From a virus, in the IMG/VR virus record IMGVR_UViG_3300010274_000145: 29,070 nucleotides of DNA, one strand, 5' to 3'. How positions within the stretch are numbered: the stretch's first letter is position 1; the number at the start of each line of letters is the position of its first letter. The notes beneath the pieces are model-generated. The model searched no databases. It was not told the origin of the DNA and saw only the letters and a program-made list of their open reading frames with translations. A program made the position numbers and the translations under genes. Below, one piece after another: positions 25,925 to 29,070 of the stretch.

Positions 25925-26320
25925 AGGATATATGTATATCCCATTTCCTAAGGAACTACTTTTTAGATAGCTTATTAAGAAATAGTTTTCTTTGTTGTCT
26001 TTTTCTTGCATGTTTATAAATTTGTGTAGGGAGTTAATAAAGATATGTGTATATTACGTTTCCTAAGGAAAGTATAAGCAATTAACCCGGAGCAAGATTT
26101 AGGGATGTGTGTATATCTCATTACCTAAGGAACTTACTTTTAGATAACACTAGAAAAAAAAGAAGAGTTTTATCCAAAATACTTTAGTTAATTATATATA
26201 CTATTAATCTCATAACTCTACAACATGACATTTAAAGAGAAAATGTAACAGACATTAAAGAGAGAGCATTTGCCCTCTCTTAATATTGCTTTCCTTAGGA
26301 AATCAGATATATGTATATCC
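25925..26320. other. Probable Cdc6/Orc1-dependent replication origin (ORB-like boxes around an AT-rich segment)
   Basis: TTCCTAAGGAA at 25945 and 26060, TACCTAAGGAA at 26122, and an inverted copy TTCCTTAGGAA at 26291. Each has a (G)TRTRTATAT(C)-like flank. AT-rich stretch ~26140-26280. Confidence 0.7.
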
Positions 26321-26325
26321 ATGTT

Positions 26326-27561
26326 TTACTGTAAATTCATTAGATAGTTTCTCGCTGGAACGTCTGCAATATCACTTAATGTAAAGTCCTCAAAAAGAGC
26401 TCTTTTTACTAGATCCTTAGAGGCGATCTTTGCAACTACCTTTTTCCTTCCATATCTCCCTTTAAAAAGCTTTGACTCTTCAATTATCCCAAGCTGATTC
26501 AATTCAGAAAGGAGATCATTCATTCTTCTTTGAGTGAGGATATCCATACCAATATCGCTACATATCGCTTTATACACTGAATAAATATTATTTGTATTAC
26601 TTTCTTTAGGAGTATCATCCATGTAAATACATGCGAGCAGGGTAGATTTGGACTGCGTGGGAAGGGTTTTTACTACCTCGATAATCCTATCCATTTCAAG
26701 TTTATCATGTGCAGCTCTCACATCTTCTTCTTCAATAACGGAGTGTTTCTTCGATTCTGCAATTTCCCCGGAAACTCTCAAGAGGTCAATAGCCCGTCTT
26801 ACATCCCCATGTTCCTGCGCAGCATACGCAGCACATAGAGAGATTACGTCCTGAGGCACTACATCAGGTTTAAATGCTATTTCTGCCCTGGCTCTCAGGA
26901 TGTCAGTTAATTGTAAGGCATTGTAAGGGTTTATTATAAGCACGTTCTCACAGAGAACACTTTTTAAGTGTGGCGGGAACCTATCTCTTAATCCTAGATC
27001 GTTTGTAATTCCTACAATAGTCGGAAACTGCCCGGAAGCTTCCGATTCGGTTCTTATTATCTTGTTGATCATTTCAGGATTTACGGCCTTATCAAGTTCA
27101 TCGAGAATGATTATTATTATTCCTGAGTAGTGATTTATCAAATACTTCAGGTATTCACTATGCTTAGAGGTTGAATTCCCTATAACTCTTCTTGGCTCAT
27201 CTGAAGGGATTTCCCGCACAAGTCTCTGTAAAATAGAGTGTTCTGTTCTGAGTTCGTCACAGTTGATATTTATAATACAGAGTTCTATTCCTCTTACTTC
27301 TGCTTCTCTTTTAATTTCTTCAAAAATAAGAGTAGTTAATGCAGTTTTCCCAAGCCCAGGCTTTCCATATACAAATACATTGGAAGGAGAAACCCCATAA
27401 AAAATATCTTTTAGGTATTCAAAATAGGTTCTTATTTCGGCATCCCGGTGCAGGATATTATCAATACTCCCTAATGCATAATTAGGTTTTACAGCATTCT
27501 TATTTTTAAATAAGTTATTACCCGATTCCAGTATTTCAGCCAATGTAAATTTAGGTGTCAT
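26326..27561 (-). CDS. cdc6: Cdc6/Orc1 replication initiator (AAA+ ATPase with C-terminal wHTH)
   Basis: ILHRDAEI, Walker A YGKPGLGKT, Walker B IILDELD, FPPHLKS, PYNALQLTDILRARA, GDVRRAIDLLR, wHTH LTQRRMNDLLSELNQLGII...GRYGR. Confidence 0.96.
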   Translation of the reverse strand: MTPKFTLAEILESGNNLFKNKNAVKPNYALGSIDNILHRDAEIRTYFEYLKDIFYGVSPSNVFVYGKPGLGKTALTTLIFEEIKREAEVRGIELCIININCDELRTEHSILQRLVREIPSDEPRRVIGNSTSKHSEYLKYLINHYSGIIIIILDELDKAVNPEMINKIIRTESEASGQFPTIVGITNDLGLRDRFPPHLKSVLCENVLIINPYNALQLTDILRARAEIAFKPDVVPQDVISLCAAYAAQEHGDVRRAIDLLRVSGEIAESKKHSVIEEEDVRAAHDKLEMDRIIEVVKTLPTQSKSTLLACIYMDDTPKESNTNNIYSVYKAICSDIGMDILTQRRMNDLLSELNQLGIIEESKLFKGRYGRKKVVAKIASKDLVKRALFEDFTLSDIADVPARNYLMNLQ

Positions 27562-27571
27562 ATATCCAAAT

Positions 27572-27690
27572 CTCCTTAGGAAACGATATACATAATATGC
27601 TTAGGAAATATTTAAGTGTTATGATTTTTTCCGAAGGAATATTATACGCTTCTGATAATGGTCTCCTTAGGAAATGAGATATATACATAC
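27572..27690 (-). promoter_or_regulatory. ORB-like boxes in the cdc6 upstream region (probable autoregulation)
   Basis: CTCCTTAGGAA at 27572 and 27663 with GATATA(TA)CATA flanks; partial copies at 27599 and 27629. Confidence 0.6.
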
Positions 27691-27800
27691 CAAAAAAAGA
27701 AAAATGGGAAAATTACCAGTAAGTAACTTTGTAATCCTCTATAATCTCTTTTTTCTAAGTACCGAATGTAAATCTATTAACTTTTTATCTAAGAAGGCGA

Positions 27801-27828
27801 GAAGACCCCGTTCTTTAGGGCGGGGATG
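27801..27828. mobile_element. Isolated IS200/IS605-end-like hairpin
   Basis: GAAGA-CCCCGTTC-TTTA-GGGCGGGG-ATG. Same stem length and TTTA loop as the hairpin at 258-277. No tnpA or tnpB nearby. Confidence 0.45.
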
Positions 27829-27879
27829 AGAGCGAAGCCTCGCAGTTAAGTTAATTTCACTACCCTTATTCTCTTTTTA

Positions 27880-28091
27880 TTTGGTTATACCAATTATAAT
27901 ATAACCAAACGTAAGTTATATATACTATTAGGTTGTATAGTATATTGCACAACCTATTAGAAAAACAGATAATAAAAGACCTAATAAAAGGAGATAACCA
28001 AACATAAGTTTTATATACTATTAGGTTGTATAGTATATTGTACAACCTAAGAGTAAAACAATAACAAAGCTATAACAAGGAGGAAACCAAA
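27880..28091 (+). promoter_or_regulatory. Repeated promoter/operator/RBS cassette, copies 1 and 2
   Basis: 56-bp core ATAACCAAACRTAAGTTWTATATACTATTAGGTTGTATAGTATATTGYACAACCTA at 27901-27956 and 27994-28049, each followed by an A-rich leader and AAGGAG. Confidence 0.85.
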
Positions 28092-28487
28092 ATGATACTC
28101 AATTTGACCCAACATGTTTCAACCGACGAACAAAAAGCTCAACTTGTTGTTGAGCCTAGAATGTGCAAAGCAAAAATACAGAAACTCCTCACATTTGAGG
28201 AGATCCCCACGAGGGAAGAAATTGAAGCAAGAGCCAAGGAGCTTGCGAGAATAGCAGCTTCCGAAGCATCTTTCTACGCGGGCGACACAGACAATAAAAT
28301 CTGGATCACCCGTGTAATGATCGGTGGCGCTCCGTATCTCATGGGGGCACTTGAGAAAGCACTCCGAGAATGCGGGTTCACTCCGGTTTATGCTTTTTCG
28401 AAAAGAGAGAGCATAGACCAGCCACAACCTGACGGATCAGTCAGGAAGGTCGCAGTATTCCGACATCTCGGGTTTGTGGAGGTCTGA
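28092..28487 (+). CDS. Csx20/Csx15-like protein, candidate cyclic-oligoadenylate ring nuclease
   Basis: MILNLTQH..TDEQ N-terminus and VMIGGAPYLM...PVYAFSKRES...DGSVRKVAVFRHLGF C-terminus resemble Csx20-type motifs as recalled. The ORF is solid; the function is tentative. Confidence 0.55.
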   Translation: MILNLTQHVSTDEQKAQLVVEPRMCKAKIQKLLTFEEIPTREEIEARAKELARIAASEASFYAGDTDNKIWITRVMIGGAPYLMGALEKALRECGFTPVYAFSKRESIDQPQPDGSVRKVAVFRHLGFVEV

Positions 28488-28526
28488 GCAGTTGTTAATT
28501 TCTCTTTCCTTTTTTTTCCTTTTTAG

Positions 28527-28647
28527 TTTGGTTATACCAATTATAATATAACCAAACATAAGTTATATATACTATTAGGTTGTATAGTATATTGTACAAC
28601 CTAAGAGAAAACGATAATAACAAAGCTATAATAAGGAGATAACCAAA
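28527..28647 (+). promoter_or_regulatory. Repeated promoter/operator/RBS cassette, copy 3
   Basis: TTTGGTTATA-N10-TATAACCAAA (28527-28556), core 28548-28603, AAGGAGATAACCAAA-ATG. Preceded by a pyrimidine/oligo-T terminator-like tract (~28498-28524). Confidence 0.85.
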
Positions 28648-29070
28648 ATGATGCAAAGAACAGTTGAAGAGAAGGAAATAGGAACAGAAGTGACCTCAAG
28701 ACTCAACGCACTGGAGAACAGTTTTCCTCCAGAGATAATTAATAACACATACAAAAAAATCGTTAACAAAGTCTTGTACGCAAGACTTCGTGAAATGGAA
28801 ATCGAGGGTGCATCTGATCGACAGATGTACTCTGAGGTTTTCAAATATGTTAGCCCAAAAGAAATCCCCGCGTTTCCGGGGGGGCTGAATTATGTCAAAC
28901 GTGGAGCATATTGCTTCCGTTTCGTCGCAAATAGAAAATATTACCGGAGCCCGTGCTTCGTAGTAGAGCCAGTTCAAGATGTGGATCAAGCGCTCAAAGA
29001 GATTAATATTAGATACAATTATGATCTCACATCTGAGGATTGTAAAAAAGCCAAACTTCAAGAAATTGAA
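28648..29070 (+). CDS. Hypothetical protein, truncated by the window end (not in ORF track)
   Basis: Open from ATG 28648 to the last base: MMQRTVEEKEIGTEVTSRLNALENSFPPEII...KKAKLQEIE. Strong RBS. Confidence 0.8.
   Translation, partial: MMQRTVEEKEIGTEVTSRLNALENSFPPEIINNTYKKIVNKVLYARLREMEIEGASDRQMYSEVFKYVSPKEIPAFPGGLNYVKRGAYCFRFVANRKYYRSPCFVVEPVQDVDQALKEINIRYNYDLTSEDCKKAKLQEIE

Noticed and set aside
19296-26854. Overlapping ORFs within the transfer operon and cdc6 (e.g. 19296-19661, 22203-22517, 23690-23980, 24397-24636, 25823-26011, 26648-26854)
   Set aside because: Shadow frames of larger supported genes, or chance ORFs in the origin repeat region.
28092-28487. AcrIII-1 (DUF1874) assignment
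   Set aside because: Lacks the NAFS and GH signature motifs of that family.
27901-28603. Three 56-bp repeats as a CRISPR mini-array for the type IV system
   Set aside because: The repeats contain TATA-like boxes and are followed by RBS and genes. Spacing is 37 bp then ~500 bp. The 37-bp 'spacer' is itself a leader/RBS variant.
28119-29061. Minus-strand ORFs 28119-28427, 28626-28844 and 28696-29061
   Set aside because: Antisense to plus-strand genes that have clear promoter cassettes and RBS.

Overview
This window is part of an archaeal mobile element. The Cdc6/Orc1 gene, GGAGGTG-type ribosome-binding sites (RBS), TATA-like boxes and oligo-T terminators point to a euryarchaeote; a Methanosarcinales-like host is an inference. 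From left to right it contains: (1) the 3' end of an IS200/IS605 tnpB element, apparently inserted into an HTH gene; (2) small regulator genes (RHH, HTH) with a tRNA-shaped RNA and an iteron-like repeat field; (3) a head-tail virus packaging module (terS, PBSX-like terL, portal, MuF-like head morphogenesis gene); (4) a ~7.5 kb two-operon insert between terL and portal, made of an array-less type IV-B CRISPR effector (csf1, cas11, csf2, csf3) followed by abrB, a ParB/IbrB-like gene, a methyltransferase-like gene, an unknown gene, an IbrA-like PAPS-reductase-family gene, a Cas4-like nuclease, a hidden 41-aa Zn-ribbon gene and a CysH-like gene; (5) a VirB2/VirB6/VirB4-like conjugation-type operon; (6) cdc6 flanked by ORB-like boxes (probable origin); (7) the start of an array of small-gene cassettes, each with its own copy of a repeated promoter, including an empty cassette and a Csx20-like candidate ring nuclease. 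No CRISPR array, major capsid gene, tail gene, integrase or relaxase was recognised in the window. All family assignments come from motif recognition by eye; no database search was run.
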